Below, one piece after another: positions 1 through 14,225 of a stretch of DNA of 64,000 bases; the first letter of the stretch is position 1, and each line of letters begins with the position of its first letter. The notes under the pieces were generated by a model. It was not told where the DNA came from and did not search any database. It saw only the letters and a list, made by a program, of their open reading frames with translations. The position numbers and the translations under genes were made by a program. Source of the DNA: Selaginella moellendorffii (Eukaryota; Plantae; Lycopodiophyta); contig NW_003314299.1 in NCBI RefSeq assembly GCF_000143415.4, positions 976,063-1,040,062 on the forward strand. Reading direction: 5' to 3'.

Positions 1-1354
1 TCATTTAAAAAATAGGGGTTTAAAGTAATAAATGATACGGGTTTGAAGCCGTGATTATACTGGCAGAGCTAAAGAGCCAATCCAGCTTTTCCTACATGCA
101 TTCTTCCAGAACAAAGAAGAGCATTCTCTTTTGTAGTCCAAGGCCCACGCGAAAGAAACAAATGGCCTAATGAGGAGGTTAAGGGCAAGCCCATACTGAA
201 CTAATACAATCTGGAGGACTTTTTTGTCCCACGTAGGTAGTATACAGGTTTCTTTAGAACTGTACAGACTACGTTAGCCACGTGGGTTTATCAATAAGAT
301 TCTTACCAAGAACTAAACTCGATCGGACGGTTGCCAATGGTGCGATCAATTTAATTAGTGCGTGAAGACCAGGGAATATAAATAGAATTAGATGCGAACT
401 CACAAAGCTATAGTGTGCAATTCGTAAAAGGGTGGAATTACAGCAGCGTATATCACTCACAATACAGTGTCTATGTGGCAGTTTTCTATTGGTTCAGCAT
501 AAAACCCCACCCCATAAGGTAGAAAAACATTTCATTTACAATCGCTAAAACTCTTTCTACCTCTACTCCATCCTCGCAGTGGGTATCGATATATCAAACA
601 ATGGGACAAACCCAACTCCTCCCCGAGGGCCATATAAATAAATATCCCCCATCCCCACTATGTTGCCTCTGTTTGGATCCCTCTCTCCCTCTCTCTTTTC
701 ACTCGTTTGATCCCATCTATCCAGTTCTTCTGTTTGTGAATTGCCAATCTTGAAGTGGAGGACAATGTGTTTTTCGAGTAGCAGCAGCAACGGTCTTGCT
801 CATCATGGCTTCTAGCTTTCACTCTTCTGGTCATCCATATCATGGGACTCTTTCTCTTGCATCAAGCCCGAAAGAGGTGACTTCCAAGCTCCACACAACT
901 CCACAGTTGATTCACACGCTCATCCACCAGTGCCCCATGCTTGTCATCTGTGCAAGCTCTTGCTGCGTGAGCCCAAGCATAGCATAGGCCATTGCTATGG
1001 GCATGAAGCCCCATCTGTGGCATAAGGATTGGATATTTGTGAAATATTTTATGCTTGTGTTTTTTCCACACTCATATTACATGTGGACCAATAGCAGCCA
1101 AACACGTATTATGAGTGAAATACACTTGTAATTTCCACTCTTTTCCGAATTGCACGCCATACCCTTCCACATGGAGAGCTGTAGCTCTGGAAAAGCTGGA
1201 AGAACTAAAAGCTATTTCCCGTGTACCACAACCATCATCTAGCATCGAACCAGGGCAGATTATTTACAACTTTCGTACTCGTCCTCCCTGGCTGCAAGTA
1301 AACAGCCAGTTGAGCTTATCCAGTGGGATATTCTGCGGGGAGGATCAAATACAA

Positions 1355-1427
1355 TTCCGTTGACGGGATTTGAACTAGGGTCGCCTGGATGAAAGCCAGG
1401 CATCTGACCGGAATAGACGACAACGGA
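1355..1427 (-). tRNA. tRNA-Glu(TTC) pseudogene
   Basis: Reverse complement reads TCCGTTG..CCTGG-CTTTCAT-CCAGG..GTTCAAATC..CAACGGA-A. The acceptor stem (7 bp) and anticodon stem are perfect and the anticodon is TTC, but the T-stem is mismatched (CCTAG/CCCGT). Confidence 0.75.
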
Positions 1428-1699
1428 TTAGAGACCTCAGATAAAATAACAGTATTTGTATTATCAGACAGAAGACGTAAGATTGATCGAAGTGTCCCTT
1501 CCTACAAGCACAGTACAAAGAGGCTCTGAGCGATTTTAGATTTTGATGGGAGTAAGTACCCGTCTCGTCCAGAATACATTGGCGAATAGTTGTAGATCAA
1601 TAGCTGCTCTTCTTCTTCCCAAGAAGCTGTGTGGCTTGACTTCAGAGCCTCGCTACTCAGACAAACAGTCGACAGTTTATCCTGTCTAATGAGAACTGA

Positions 1700-2400
1700 C
1701 GAAGAAGCTCGCAGCGCTCTGTGTAATTCGAACGGCATCCGGAGAGTGAGGTATTCCTTCATATCCCCATTCGAAAGCATTCTTCTGCAAAATCGAGAGA
1801 ATATCTAAACAAAGAGGTGAAAAACGAGAAAAGCTCTACCTCGGGATGCCATTGCACACTAGTTACTGGATACTTGCGTCCTTCAATCCTCGAAATATAT
1901 ATCTGAAAATCCAAAGGAACTGATGGCTCAAGAGATTTGGCACCGAGAATTACCTTTCCATTCAGGTCAGGAGTTGTAGTTAGCACGTCGAAGAAATCTC
2001 TAAGGCTCTGTGTGTCTCTCCAAGTCTGTGGAGATAGACCTTTCTGCAATCCAAGCCAAAGAAATGAGAAGAAGAAAACATAAAGTAAGTGCTGAGAACC
2101 TTACCATGTGATTCTGCATTGCAAGCTTCTCGTGCTCCACCTTATCCAGAATGTCCTTAGGAAACCTGGACAAAGAACATTTCACAAGCACATACAAAGA
2201 ACTGACTCGTTACCAGGTAAACATGCTGCGCTCTTTGGCCCAGTCGCCCACGAAGTTTAGCTCTCCAGCAGCTTTGTGTGCGTTGTAATCGTCCAGGATG
2301 GAATGGTTGCCACTGACGATCACGGCTAGAAGTTCCAGACCCAAGCACGTCCCAAAGACGGGAAAATAATCTCCCTTATCATTTGCTTCCAGTGCCCTCT
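1700..2400 (-). pseudogene. GGH: gamma-glutamyl hydrolase (peptidase C26) 3' exons, fragmented
   Basis: Short exons separated by ~55-60 nt GT-AG introns encode FPKDILDKVEHEKLAMQNH, GLSPQTW..LRDFFDVLTTTPDLNGK, YISRIEGRKYPVTSVQWHPE and (K)NAFEWG. The 5' part is missing or disrupted. Confidence 0.8.
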
Positions 2401-2599
2401 ACAAGATCAAACTAAACAATCAAAGACTCTAGTTGCAAAGTCACTAGCATGAATACTCCTGGAAAAAACAATGGACGAAGAACGAACAAGAAGCATTCCA
2501 AAGCTAAAGCAAGAGGGAAGAACAAAAAGCTTGACGGCGCGGTAGTAAGGACCATCTTGCAAGCTTGCGCTCCCACCAGCGAACAAAATGCCATTGATC

Positions 2600-3690
2600 A
2601 GCGAGAATTTCGAGTGGCGATGTCGCCACTGCCAAGGAGATCTTCGCCTCCTCCACGAACATCTTCTCGTGGACGACTGCGCAGGCTGGGAGCTTCGAGG
2701 ATTCGAGGGCGCTCTTCGATGAGATGGAGCAAAGAAACGCTGTGGCCTGGAACGCGCTCATCACGTCCTATCCGCTGGGGCGCCAGTGCGAGCTCGCGGA
2801 GCAGTGCTTCGCGAAGATCCCCTACTGGATGATCGTTTCCTGGGATACGATGCTCCAGGCTTACGGGGAGACCGGGTGCGCGGCCTCCACGAGAGGTCTC
2901 TTCGCAAAAATGCCCAAAAGAGATCTTATCTCGTGGAACATCCTCCTCACGGGAAGAGATCGATGGCATTACGCATTTGCCCATGCCGGGCATTTGCTGC
3001 GATCAAAGCGTTCCAAGACGCCACATCATTCTCAGGAGAATGGAGGAACAGATCTTCTGCTAGAAGAATCATACCCTTCTCTACGCATCCGGTGATCAAA
3101 ATAGTGTACGACACGACGCTTGCTTCCGGGACCCTCGCAAGAACAGATCTACCGTACAGAAAATCCCCTCCTTGGGCATGGATCTCGAGGGCGCAAGGCC
3201 GGACGGGATCACATTCGTGGGGATCCTTAGCACCCGCGCTGCCAGCGGCGATCTTGTTAGTGGTAGCTGATCCATCGCAGCGCTCTCGAGGGATCATCGC
3301 TAGACGATCCCGTGCTAGCCACCGCGCTCCTCGACATGTACAGCAAGGCCGGCGATCTGGGCGCGGCGATGGCGCAGAGGGACGTGACGGCCTGGAACGC
3401 GATCGTGGCGGCGTGCGCGCGCAACGGGCGATTCGACCGCGGGGAGCGCTTCTTCTGGGAAATGGCGGCCAGGGACCTGATCTCGTGGACGTCGATGATC
3501 GCGGCGCTGGCGCAGAGAGGGCAGATCGATCGTGCGCGCCTCGTCTTCGATGAGATGCCGATCTCGCGGCGTGGAACGCGATGATCTCGGCCCACGCCCA
3601 GCACGGCGATCCAAGGTCCGCGCTCAAGCTCTTCCGGCTCATGGACCTCGAGGGCGTCCACCCGGACGTTTGCGCGCTTGATTCGTGCTC
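2600..3690 (+). pseudogene. PLS-class PPR gene fragment
   Basis: PPR motifs (RNAVAWNALITSY, RDLISWN, RDVTAWNAIVAACARNG, RDLISWTSMIAALAQRG) are spread over several frames. Part of the segment (~2950-3120) is inverted relative to the paralog at 41-42 kb. Confidence 0.8.
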
Positions 3691-4899
3691 CTACTGCCGA
3701 ACAGTGATCTAGTTCGCCATAGCCAGGGCTTGCTCGTCACTCCCCACCCACCAGCCAAAGCTTCCATAGCGCTCAAAACCATGGATGATCGCTTGAATCA
3801 TCCTCACACTTCCACATTTTATCCAAGAATGCAGCCAGCGCTTAGCACCATCAAGCAAGATCCTTGGGGAGGGAAAATTGCCCTTATCTCCTTGAAGGCG
3901 AGATCCAGGCGGACCTGGAGCAGGTAGTGTTCAGAGACAAATGTGCGAGGGATCATCACCGGACCTTATGGAGACTTAGAATTTTTTCTTGGTTCATATT
4001 GTCTTGCCACATCATCCATTCCTATTTGCCACGAGGGCTTCCACGTTGCAAATCAGAATGAGTTTTAATGGAAGAAGTATGGACCTTCAATTTTCTTGGG
4101 ATATTTAGAAGGTATGAAAGAATATTGTTATTCCCAAGAGTAAAACTATTGGAAAGATGGGATATGCTCTTTGATGAGAGTAGTTGTACAAGGATTGCAC
4201 TGAAGTTCCTACTACTTTTGTGGAACTCCAAAGGGTAGACACATTTTAACTCCTCAAAGTCCTATTGCTGCCTCTTGCTCTTGGTGGTGGTAACATGGTT
4301 CAGCCTCTTCAGGGGGTCTCTTATCAATAATAGGTGTTGGCCTGGAAGCCATGGGGCGGTGCTGCACCCATGGGTGGGTCTTGCCGGTTGTATCTTTTTT
4401 TAGGGTTTAGGATTTACAGTTAATGGCATACAAATGCGGGGTTAGCTGGGCTTTCATTTATGGTAAGCATATGCTAAGCTGAGACAATAATAATCTTGAC
4501 TCAAAACATTGGCAAATATAGAGAGCTAAAAGCTCAAAGCCTTCATAGTCTAACACCTCATTCAGCAACTTTGCAAAAGAAAACTCTAATATAACTCCAA
4601 TTCATCTACTCTTGAAGTTAAAGTTTTGTTGGATAATCCAGTTTGACAGAGTATGACACTCAATAATCACACAACTCCAGTTCTCCAACAAGACCCACAA
4701 CTCATGCCTTTTGGCCTTCAAAAGAATTCTCATTAACAATAAGAACTCCTAAATAAAATTCTCTACACCCACAAAAGAGATAGGAACTTTTTTACCTCTT
4801 TGAGAAGTGAAAGTAAAGATATGGCCATGTCACTTGAGTAAAAAGGCATCACTTACATAAAAAACTTCAAGAATAAACATGAGAAAGCTAAAGATTTCT

Positions 4900-5260
4900 C
4901 TTTGTAAAAGAAAACATAAACATACTATGACTATTCTGGATTTTGTGTTATATAGATTTGTAAGAAACTTAGCAAAGGCTCCTAGCTTTACTCTTCCTTT
5001 CACCTCTAGCTGTTTGGGCCACACATCAAGCTTCATATCATGGTGTCCACTACCAAATCTAAATAAAACCACACTATCAATAACCTTGATGGTGATTGAG
5101 AAACTTCAAAACTTTCACTCTCAACTTTGTCGTTAGCACCACTCTCATTTGGAATCTTGTCGCGAATCAATTCATTTGCCGAGCAAACTCCATTAGCACC
5201 AACAACAAGATCCTTGACCTGCCCATATTCCTACAGCAATGCCATAGCATAGTGGTTGCC
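4900..5260 (-). pseudogene. SPOC-domain-like gene fragment (paralogous remnants at ~39900-40230 and ~52850-52950)
   Basis: DVWPKQLEVKGRVKLGAFAKFLTNLYNTKSRIVIV resembles the plant TFIIS-M/SPOC protein motif WPxxLEVKGRVRLxAFEKF. No intact ORF. Confidence 0.45.
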
Positions 5261-7349
5261 ACATGAAACCCTTATGAGATGAATTCTTGGGTATTACTAA
5301 TAACTTATACTATTCAGCATGAACTGGACCAAGAACTTGCCTCCCACAGAATTTGCAAAATGTGTGTACTGGTAAGTTAATTGTTTTTTTTTTAATCTTT
5401 GTGTTAAATTGTGGTATGGGGTGGCTTTTCTCTGAGCTGTGGCAACTAGGTTGCCCATGACAATGTGCATGTTTTGGACATGTCCATTATGTCACACTAC
5501 ACAATGCACTCTCATCTTTCCACTTTGCAAAATTTTTCACATTCTGTTTCATTGGCATAAGTTTAATTTTCTACAAAGACACTACAAAGTGTTTGGTTCA
5601 TCTTTTTCTGATTTTCCTGAGAAAAAAGGTGTTTTGGATTGTTATACCTTTATCCATTTTTATATAAATAATCTTACTTTAATACCAAAAAGGTATTAAC
5701 TCATTTAAGTTATAATTTTTATACATTTATATTCTTTGGTGGGTCCACAATATATAAGGATTTCCCAACCTCCCTTTTGTCGTCCATTTTCAGTTTGGGC
5801 TAGGTTTAGAAGAGTGTTGGTAGCTATGGTTTTGAGAAAAATGTTATGATGGTTTGGAAATACCAGCACAGCTTAGTTGGCAAGAATAGACAGAAACACT
5901 ATACATGTGGTTTGTTTCTTTATGACCTAATCAGCATTTCAATCTTGCAACAATAGTTGTTCAAGATTTAGGAGTTTATGAGGCTCCCCTAACCCTCAAA
6001 TCACATATTTGGACCAACCTTGGTTTCTATGGTTTTTAGAAAAATCAGGATGATCTTTTGCCTGCTAATAGGTGCACAACTGTTTTCAGGTTGTTGTGGT
6101 TACTTTCAGAACACACACACATAAACCCATTATCCATGGGGAGGATCATAACATCTTTGTTTGTTATTGGACAAAGCTCGGTAAGACACAAATATGACAA
6201 GTGCCTACTCTTGCATATGAGTCTGTGTTTGTATGATCAGTGAGAGTGAGCAAGAATGTGGCAATTAGAGATCTTGCAATTTCAAGACATCAATGCAAAT
6301 GGAGTATGTTAGGTAAATGAATTGATTTGTGAGGTAAGATCTCCCCATTCTTGATGTGATAAAAGAGTTCACATAGATTAGGTTATGTTAGCAGCTCTGT
6401 AAAGGTTTTGAGGCAAGTGGGCTGCAATAGCTATTCATCCATCTAGGGTATGATCAATTAGTGGTGGTGCTACCTCTCAAGCTTTTATCCTAAAACATAT
6501 GAATCCTTGGAATGGGGAGGGAGTTTTCTTGTGGTCATCACTACCTAGGGTTTTTATGGAGCAAAGTTTAGCACAAAGGTGATTTACTGAAACCCCAAAA
6601 GTACATATGAGGATGATAAATGTAAAAATGGATCTGGGGCAGTTAATAATGAAGAGCTTCAAAAGAGCTCCTTGTAATTCTTTTTCTTAGTCTAGGTCTT
6701 GAGAAGCTGGGAAAGAAAATTATGAACAACCTTTCACATCTAGACTCTAAAGTTTATGTAAGTCTCAAGCTCTCTTTATTCAAGTGTTTAAAGAATGTAC
6801 ATTATCATTATTAAACTATGTCCCAAAGAACTTTTGTTCTCTAGCTTGAAAGCCTCTTAACAGTTATTATCTAGAGTGAGCTATGAACCTAGAGAAATCA
6901 TATAGAGTACTTATTTTATTATGCATTTGCTCTGAATATATGTCTAGTTGTGTAATTAGTAAAGTGGTGTAAATAGTAAATAAGTAAACACTGAACTTTG
7001 CTATTGTCCTAGTTAGAATTGGTCATAAACCAAGTTCTTTCTTCTCTCAGATATAATTTGGCTGAGTTAATTAAGATTTTCTTTAATTTTAAATTAAATT
7101 TAATCTATGATAATATGCATTTGATTAATAACTTTACTAAGCATTGGTATAATTGATTGTTAAAAAATTCGTCCTAGAATGTTTTGGTAGCATAACAATC
7201 TATAATCATAAGGAGTTGCCAAACTTTTTGGACCATCAAATCTAGCCAATGGCATTTGTCTTATATGGGTAACTATCAAAGGGTTGTTTTTTAACCATGT
7301 CTTAATAAATATCAACTTTTTGGACTGTTCAATTTAGCCAATAAGGGTT

Positions 7350-7635
7350 ATTGCAATTGCAATCAAGAAATTGCCTCTTTTTTAGAAATAAGGTGTGCTA
7401 CATGTGGTATTCAAGAAAATGGCATGGGTTCAATTCTTATTAATTAGTGGCTAATTAAAATATAATATACTCTTGAGTAAGATATATTAAAAATTAAAAT
7501 CATATATATTAGGCATCCATGAGTGTCTTGTAGGACATCTATATGGAAGAAGGTCTCTATCATGGGACTATAAGATTGGTTGATTTAATGCAAAAATAAA
7601 GATGCTAATTCGCTTTTGCAAATAGGGGTTGTGAG
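7350..7635 (+). mobile_element. old degenerate TRIM, 5' half (3' half at 37696-37969)
   Basis: Matches the reverse complement of the TRIM at 34537-35210: LTR end ..ataaggtgtgctaca, PBS-like tggtatt, and the internal ggcatgggttcaattc..tataatatac..ttgag. Confidence 0.6.
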
Positions 7636-9022
7636 TAATGTAGAAACTATACTTGCGTTCTCACCCTTGCTTGCAAAACAGTGACAAACAAATAAAGACA
7701 AGAACATAGAAGAAGAGAAGATAGAAGAGAATAAAATGTAACTCAACCTCAAATTCTAAAGGCATGAGTAAGGATAAACATAAGTCACTCTCTCAACTTT
7801 ACTTTGCATTAACAATCATAGGCGGGAGAAAAAATGGTTAATTCAATGCAAATGTATATAATAGTGCAACACATCTAAGTGCTATTTATATATTATATGA
7901 TTTTATAACTATTTCTAACTACTTCTCAGCTAAGTCAAGTCTTTCTTTTTGAATGTTTAAACTTAGATATAACTCCATTTTACCTAAACTTCCTTCTTCT
8001 ATTCTGCTTAGGAAGATATACAAAATAAAACATTTACCTCTTCATCACTCCCCCACAACAAAGCTACTATCTATTCTCAAATAGTCAGATTCTCCAAATT
8101 CTACTCTAGGTTGCTGAGCTTGGTTTTCATAATGACAATCTCAACACTTTTGTGTAGATTGTCAAGTTCCTTACGCATGATTTGATTCTCCTAGTCGAGC
8201 ATAGTGATGCACTGGTCTTGGCAACTGATGTGCTTTGCATCAGTGGTTGTGGAAGTAGGGATTGTGCTCTTGAACTATTGAATTATGTGGTGCTGATGAT
8301 TTTGCTCACTTATGACTCCATCCATTTTCTTGGTGATTATTTTGAGGTAGCTCAAGACTTACATGTGGTACTTTATAGTTTCCTCATCTTTTACTGGCTG
8401 CATCAGCTCATTAACTGGCTACTTACCTCCCTTGATGTGTTGAGCAAGCTCCTCCATGAAGTTTTGGACTGTTAGCTGGCTAGGCTGACTCGCGGATTTA
8501 TGCGTGAAGGTGTGGCTAACCTTCATCTTATAGTGCTGCTGTGATGTCTGCTTGCAGATGCCTCATCTTGCTAGATTTGTTGGCCAAGGGAGTATTGCTA
8601 TTAGGTGCATAGGTGGACTAGAGAAAACTTAACTCGTACTCCTTCAATTCACTTAAACTCTTTTTTATAACCTCATCCTCTTTGTCTCATTGAGTTTCTT
8701 GGTTGTGATATTTTTGGCCTAAACTCTCCTCATTGGCTGTAAGTATAGCCAATGGTTTTGCAACATATGTAGTTACATCATGTATTGAACCTTGTGGCCT
8801 AAGTTTTAGAATTTCTTTCACATCTTTAACATCCATTGTTCACCTAGTGTTGTCCATTTATGTACTTGTCACTTCTCTGATGCTCAGAGAGATTTTTATA
8901 AGCATTGGATTTGTCTCTATAGACGTAGACAAGTTGCGACTCTGCTCTTGATCTAGGCATAGTGTTTTATCACCATACTTGTTGTGTCTAGCTTTTCTGT
9001 AGCATACTCGACCACTAGATTT

Positions 9023-9870
9023 CTATGAAACAAACCCTGAAGGTCTTATAGCTTGGATTTTTAGATCTAGTTGAAGTTTCTTTTTGAGGGAAGAATTTTC
9101 CTCTTTTGAATTTGTATTGTCAAGATTCTCCTCTATTTCCATATCCCTCGTTATCTCCCTTGGAGGAGATACTGGAGGTGGTGGCTCAATGGCAAGGAGA
9201 GATGCAATATCCACTTGAGTGGTGTAATGCTCATAGATGTGCCACAAAAAAATGAAGACTCCTGTCTTCAATTGCCTTCTTTTGCTTACTTGTAAAGCAA
9301 TATTTTTCATTTCGGCCACAAATCCATTATAGAGGAAATGAGCTATATTTATTTGCCATCCAGTCTCGATAGCTTCCAATAGGCAAGCTATCTTGATGCT
9401 AACATTTTGCACAATCATCCTCCTATCAATGATGGCATATAACACCTTAAGCCTAGCATGAAAGTTAAACTTTAAGTAAGTGAAGCTCCCTCCTCGTCTA
9501 GATGTGTAGTTTGGGAGGACGTATTATTCGGGTATGCGATCTTTCTTGCTTATTGTGATTATTTCACCCTCATTGTCTAAGCAAAAAATCTGAGCAAATT
9601 AGGTGAATCCAAAGAGATGGACTCATCCATGGAAAAGAAAATCATGCTCATTTGAGTACCACTTCTACATAAGCTCAATCCCCTGCTTGATTATTATTTC
9701 TCCTTTGAACAACTCTGTATAGGCAAATAACCCAAAGGCATTAAGCCAAAACTTGTCATAGAGAGAAAGCATAAACTCCCTAGACAACTTTATTTGGCCA
9801 CAATCCAACTTCTCATAATTGGATAAGATTTCCTCCACATACTCTCTTGCCTAGGCATTTTTGCCATCTG
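9023..9870 (-). pseudogene. additional 3' ORF remnant of the Athila-like element (env-like position)
   Basis: The 140-aa ORF (..GWQINIAHFLYNGFVAEMK..) and interrupted upstream coding-like sequence lie between the integrase and the PPT. Confidence 0.45.
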
Positions 9871-12800
9871 TGGAGATTTATAGGTGAAACACTCAGTGTT
9901 AGCTGACCGAGAGATGAAATGTGGTGCCAATGAAAGTGCCCAAGAGAGATTTTATATCAACAGTGCAAAAGTGGAGTTGATGGCTTGTGGTAATGGCATG
10001 AGGACAAATCCACTCCACTAAATTGAAAGTGCACTTAACCTAACTTTTTAGTAAAAATTACTCCTTTTTTCCAATTCCATTGAACTAGGTCTATAGGAAG
10101 ATAGAAACATTTGGAAATAAGATTTTGAGTGATTTTAATATCCTTTCCATCCATTTTGAAAATTAATTTTATAAGATTCTATAATTGAAGAACCAATTTA
10201 CCTTTTTGTGGTTCTACAAAGTTTGATGTCACTTTGTAAAATTTTTTTAAACCCTTATCCTTTATCCAGTTGGCCACTCTATCTATGCATTTATATAGCT
10301 CATCACAATAAATACTTGCGAGGGCTTTATCCACAAGTTTATCCATAGTTTTGTACTCTAAGATATAGACAATATTTATGCTTATATCTTCATGATATTT
10401 CTTTAAACAGTTTAAATTTACTATTGCAATATTGTCTTCGTTTAAGGTGTGCACTTCAACTGTTCTTGGAGTTGATATTTTAAACAAAATGAATGGACCA
10501 TTTTATTTTCTCTTAAATTTATTTCTAAAAGTATGCCTTGATATTAAAAGACTTTATTTCTTGGTTTAAGCTCACAAAAGATTTTCAATTGTCTTTCAGC
10601 CTTTTTGGCTTTTTAAATTGCATGCAAAGTCTAGATTACTCTAAGTTTAAGCTCATCTAAATTTTCTATTTTGGTAAGTCTTTGCTTAAGAACTTTTTTT
10701 TCATCTAAGCCATTTTTAATTGCAATATACAAAGAAGAAATTATAAATTTCATAAGCATTAAAGCTTTTTGGTCATAGGTGAGACAAAATGGTGTCATAC
10801 CTATGGATACTTTATATGCAATTCTATAAGTCTATAAAGTATATAAGATTTTCTCATCCTAGTTTTTTTTATTGTTCTTTACAATTTTTTTCAAGATATT
10901 TTTAAGCACTTTGTTAGTAGATTAAGCCTAACTATTCTCTTGTGGGTAATATGGCATGGACTTTTTATGCTTAAGGATGAATTCTTGTATCATTGTAAGA
11001 TTTAGTTTGCTTAAAGAAATTGTCACAGATATAGACACCCATTTCATCAATGAAAAAATAGAATAAAGGAATTTGATAGTATTAGCAATTAAGGCTTGTT
11101 TCATAGGCATAGCTTTTGCTCATTTAGTCATATAATCAATGACAACTAAAATGTATTTATTCCTTTTATTGCTTATTACTATAGAGCCCACAAAATCTAA
11201 TCTTTATTTATGAAATGCTTTATATGGATAAGTAGGATGTAGTTCGTGGATTTTCTTTTTAAAAAGAAGTTTATACTTTTGGCAAATGTCACAATTTTTG
11301 CAAAAAATTACTGTATCTTTCCAAAGAATAAGCCACAATAACCCTATTTATAAAACTTTTCTTAGCAATGATTTCATCTGCAAAATGGCCTCTTGATAGA
11401 TTAAGTGAACTTCCCTTAAAATTTCATTTCTTTTTTCATATCTATTAACACATTTCTTTAATGTTTTGTCGATGCCTAATTTATATAGGTGCTCCCCATG
11501 ACAAAATAAGGTCATATCCTCAAGACAAACAACTTCTTTTTCTTTGGCAAATTATAGTGAGGTGGAATTATGCCTGTCGAAAGATAAATTTGTATATCTT
11601 TCAACCAAGTGGTAAATAAAAAAATTGTAAATAAGTGAGCATCTAGGAGTTTATCTACCTTAGTATTAAGTGACTCTTCTGTAGTGATGCAGCTTAGGCA
11701 ATTGATTTGTTCATGGAATTTTCCAGATCTATATACTATTTCAAGATTATATTTTTGTAATAGTAAAAATTATTTAATTAGTTGAGCAAATATGCATGGT
11801 TTATTGATAAGATATAAAAGAGCTTTATGGTCAGCAAAGACAATAACTTTTGTTGCTAAAAAATAATGCTTAAATTTTGTAAGGTGTAAACTATATCTAA
11901 GGCTTCTTTTTCAGTCATTGTGTAGTTATGTTTAGTAGGATTTAAACATTTGTTAGCATAGTAGATAGGATAATCTTTTTTATCACCATGTGTTTAGGAT
12001 AATATTGTATCTATGGCTATATCAGAAAAATATCCATCTGTAGGTGAAACGCCTTTGTTCAGTTAAACTTAACAAATATAGATGCCTTTTTGAAGCAATG
12101 TTTAAACCTTAAAAATGCTTCTTAACAATTTTCATTCCATATAAATGGATTATCTTTCTTTAAAAGATTAGTAAGTGGTTTAGCAATTTTGCATAAGCTT
12201 TTATAAATCACTTATAATAGCCAACTTTGCCTAGAAAACAACAAAGATTTTAATCATNNNNNNNNNNNNNNNNNNNNNNNNNNNNNNNNNNNNNNNNNNN
12301 NNNNNNNNNNNNNNNNNNNNNNNNNNNNNNNNNNNNNNNNNNNNNNNNNNNNNNNNNNNNNNNNNNNNNNNNNNNNNNNNNNNNNNNNNNNNNNNNNNNN
12401 NNNNNNNNNNNNNNNNNNNNNNNNNNNNNNNNNNNNNNNNNNNNNNNNNNNNNNNNNNTAAAATAATCCATGAAAACTCTCATAAAATTAGTGAGATATT
12501 CTCTAAAAATGTCTATAACAACTTCTTGAAATGTAAATGTAGTATTGCATAAGCCAAAAGGCATTTTACAATAGGCATAAATTCCCTATAGGTTTATAAA
12601 AATTGTTTTGTATTTATTTTCAGATACTACTTTCACCTGATTATAACTAAAGAATCCATCTAAAAATGAATACATCTCTTGATCTGCTACTAAATCCAGA
12701 ATTTTGTTTGTGAAAGGAATAGGGAATTTTTATTTTTTTTTGCATCATTTAGTTTTTTATAATTCACACAAACTTGTAATTTGCCATTTTTCTTAAGCAC

Positions 12801-13447
12801 AATTATAAGTGGTGAAAGTCATTAAACATTTTGGATTGGATAGATGAATCCTACTTGAAGAAGTTTATCAATTTCTTCTTTGACTTTACTTTGGTAATTA
12901 AGATTCATTTTATAAAGCATTTGCATTTTAAGCATATTTTTTGAAAGTATATCAATATGGTGTGTATAGAGTTCTGGCAGGATACCTTTTAAATCTTTAT
13001 AAAACCAAACAAAAACGTCCTTATAGTCTTTTAGTAAATTTATGGCCTAATTGCAAAATTCACTTTGCAATCTTTGAGCAATTATGATAGTATGAAGATT
13101 ATTCTCATCTGCTAAATTGATTTGCTCAAGTGGTTGATCATAAGAAATATGTGAAATATAGTTTCTTTATTGATCAATTTTATTGGCAGAATCTTTTTTT
13201 AGGGATAAATCTCTTATAGCAATACTAATTTTTGATTTATGAACTTCTTGCCTAGATACTTCTTTGAGTATTGAATAGAGATTAACTTTTGAAATTGGCT
13301 CATTTTCAAAGAAAGCTTTTAAGCTTTGTTATTCTTAGAAATCATGTAAGCCTTCCTTCCAATCATAAGATTGAGTTTTGAAGGGTGATTTTTCCTTTCC
13401 AACTATATAGTGGAAGTAATGAGCATAGATCTTTTCTAGTTGCTTTG

Positions 13448-14225
13448 TGTAGCACACATGAATTTGGAGTTAAACTCCAAGCCCATTGCATTCAGATGGA
13501 GTTTGGCACAATTTTGGCATACTAGTGGCCTAATGCGAGAAAGAGGGTACCCCACCAACAAGAGCAGCATGGAACTTGGGCTTAGACCCAAGCCGGATGC
13601 AGAACAAGGAGCAACATAGCCCAACAAGAGCCAAACTAATGTCTCAAGTGGTTAAACATACATTCCAACCACTANNNNNNNNNNNNNNNNNNNNNNNNNN
13701 NNNNNNNNNNNNNNNNNNNNNNNNNNNNNNNNNNNNNNNNNNNNNNNNNNNNNNNNNNNNNNNNNNNNNNNNNNACGAGCTCTGACAATTGTTCAGGCTA
13801 ATTTTTACATTCCGTAGATATGCTAAATGAACGAATCTAGACACTATTCGTAAATAGCATTTGGGATTGAAATGAGACTTAACACAGTCGGGCGTGATAG
13901 TGAGGGTGTTTGGCAAACATGGTAAACTATCATCCGGCGATATTGAGGGACTAGTCTCAATATGCGAGAGTTCTTGCCAAGCCAATGCAAGACAGAGCAA
14001 AAAAGAACTAACAAGCCGGGCCAAGTATGTTTGGCTAAATAGACACTTAGGAATTCCTTCTTTATGCTCGCCCAAATGCTAAGTCCAATTTACTAACACT
14101 TGGACAAAAGGGGCTAATAAAGGGAACTAGTAGTACCGATCTCTTACTGTTGTGGCAGTAAGGAAAAAGTGCCTGTAAGGACTAGCCAACAAGTATCTTT
14201 TAATACCCGAAGTCACATCGCGACA
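13448..14225 (-). repeat. 3' LTR of the chromovirus (contains an N gap)
   Basis: TG..CA ends, adjacent PPT, and homology to 30180-31058 and 32029-33002. Confidence 0.8.

Larger units (their letters stand above)
1..7300. repeat. segmental-duplication mosaic block
   Basis: ~1-3600 matches ~41040-43680 inverted. ~4080-5260 matches ~39120-40230 direct. ~5260-6580 matches 45430-46450 + 52107-52450 and ~59560-61280. Confidence 0.8.

Noticed and set aside
2786-3642. Long Arg/Ala-rich ORFs (255 aa, 231 aa)
   Set aside because: Alternative-frame products of GC-rich PPR pseudogene sequence.
12258-13774. ORFs spanning N runs
   Set aside because: Assembly gaps at ~12258-12458 and ~13674-13774 inflate these ORFs.
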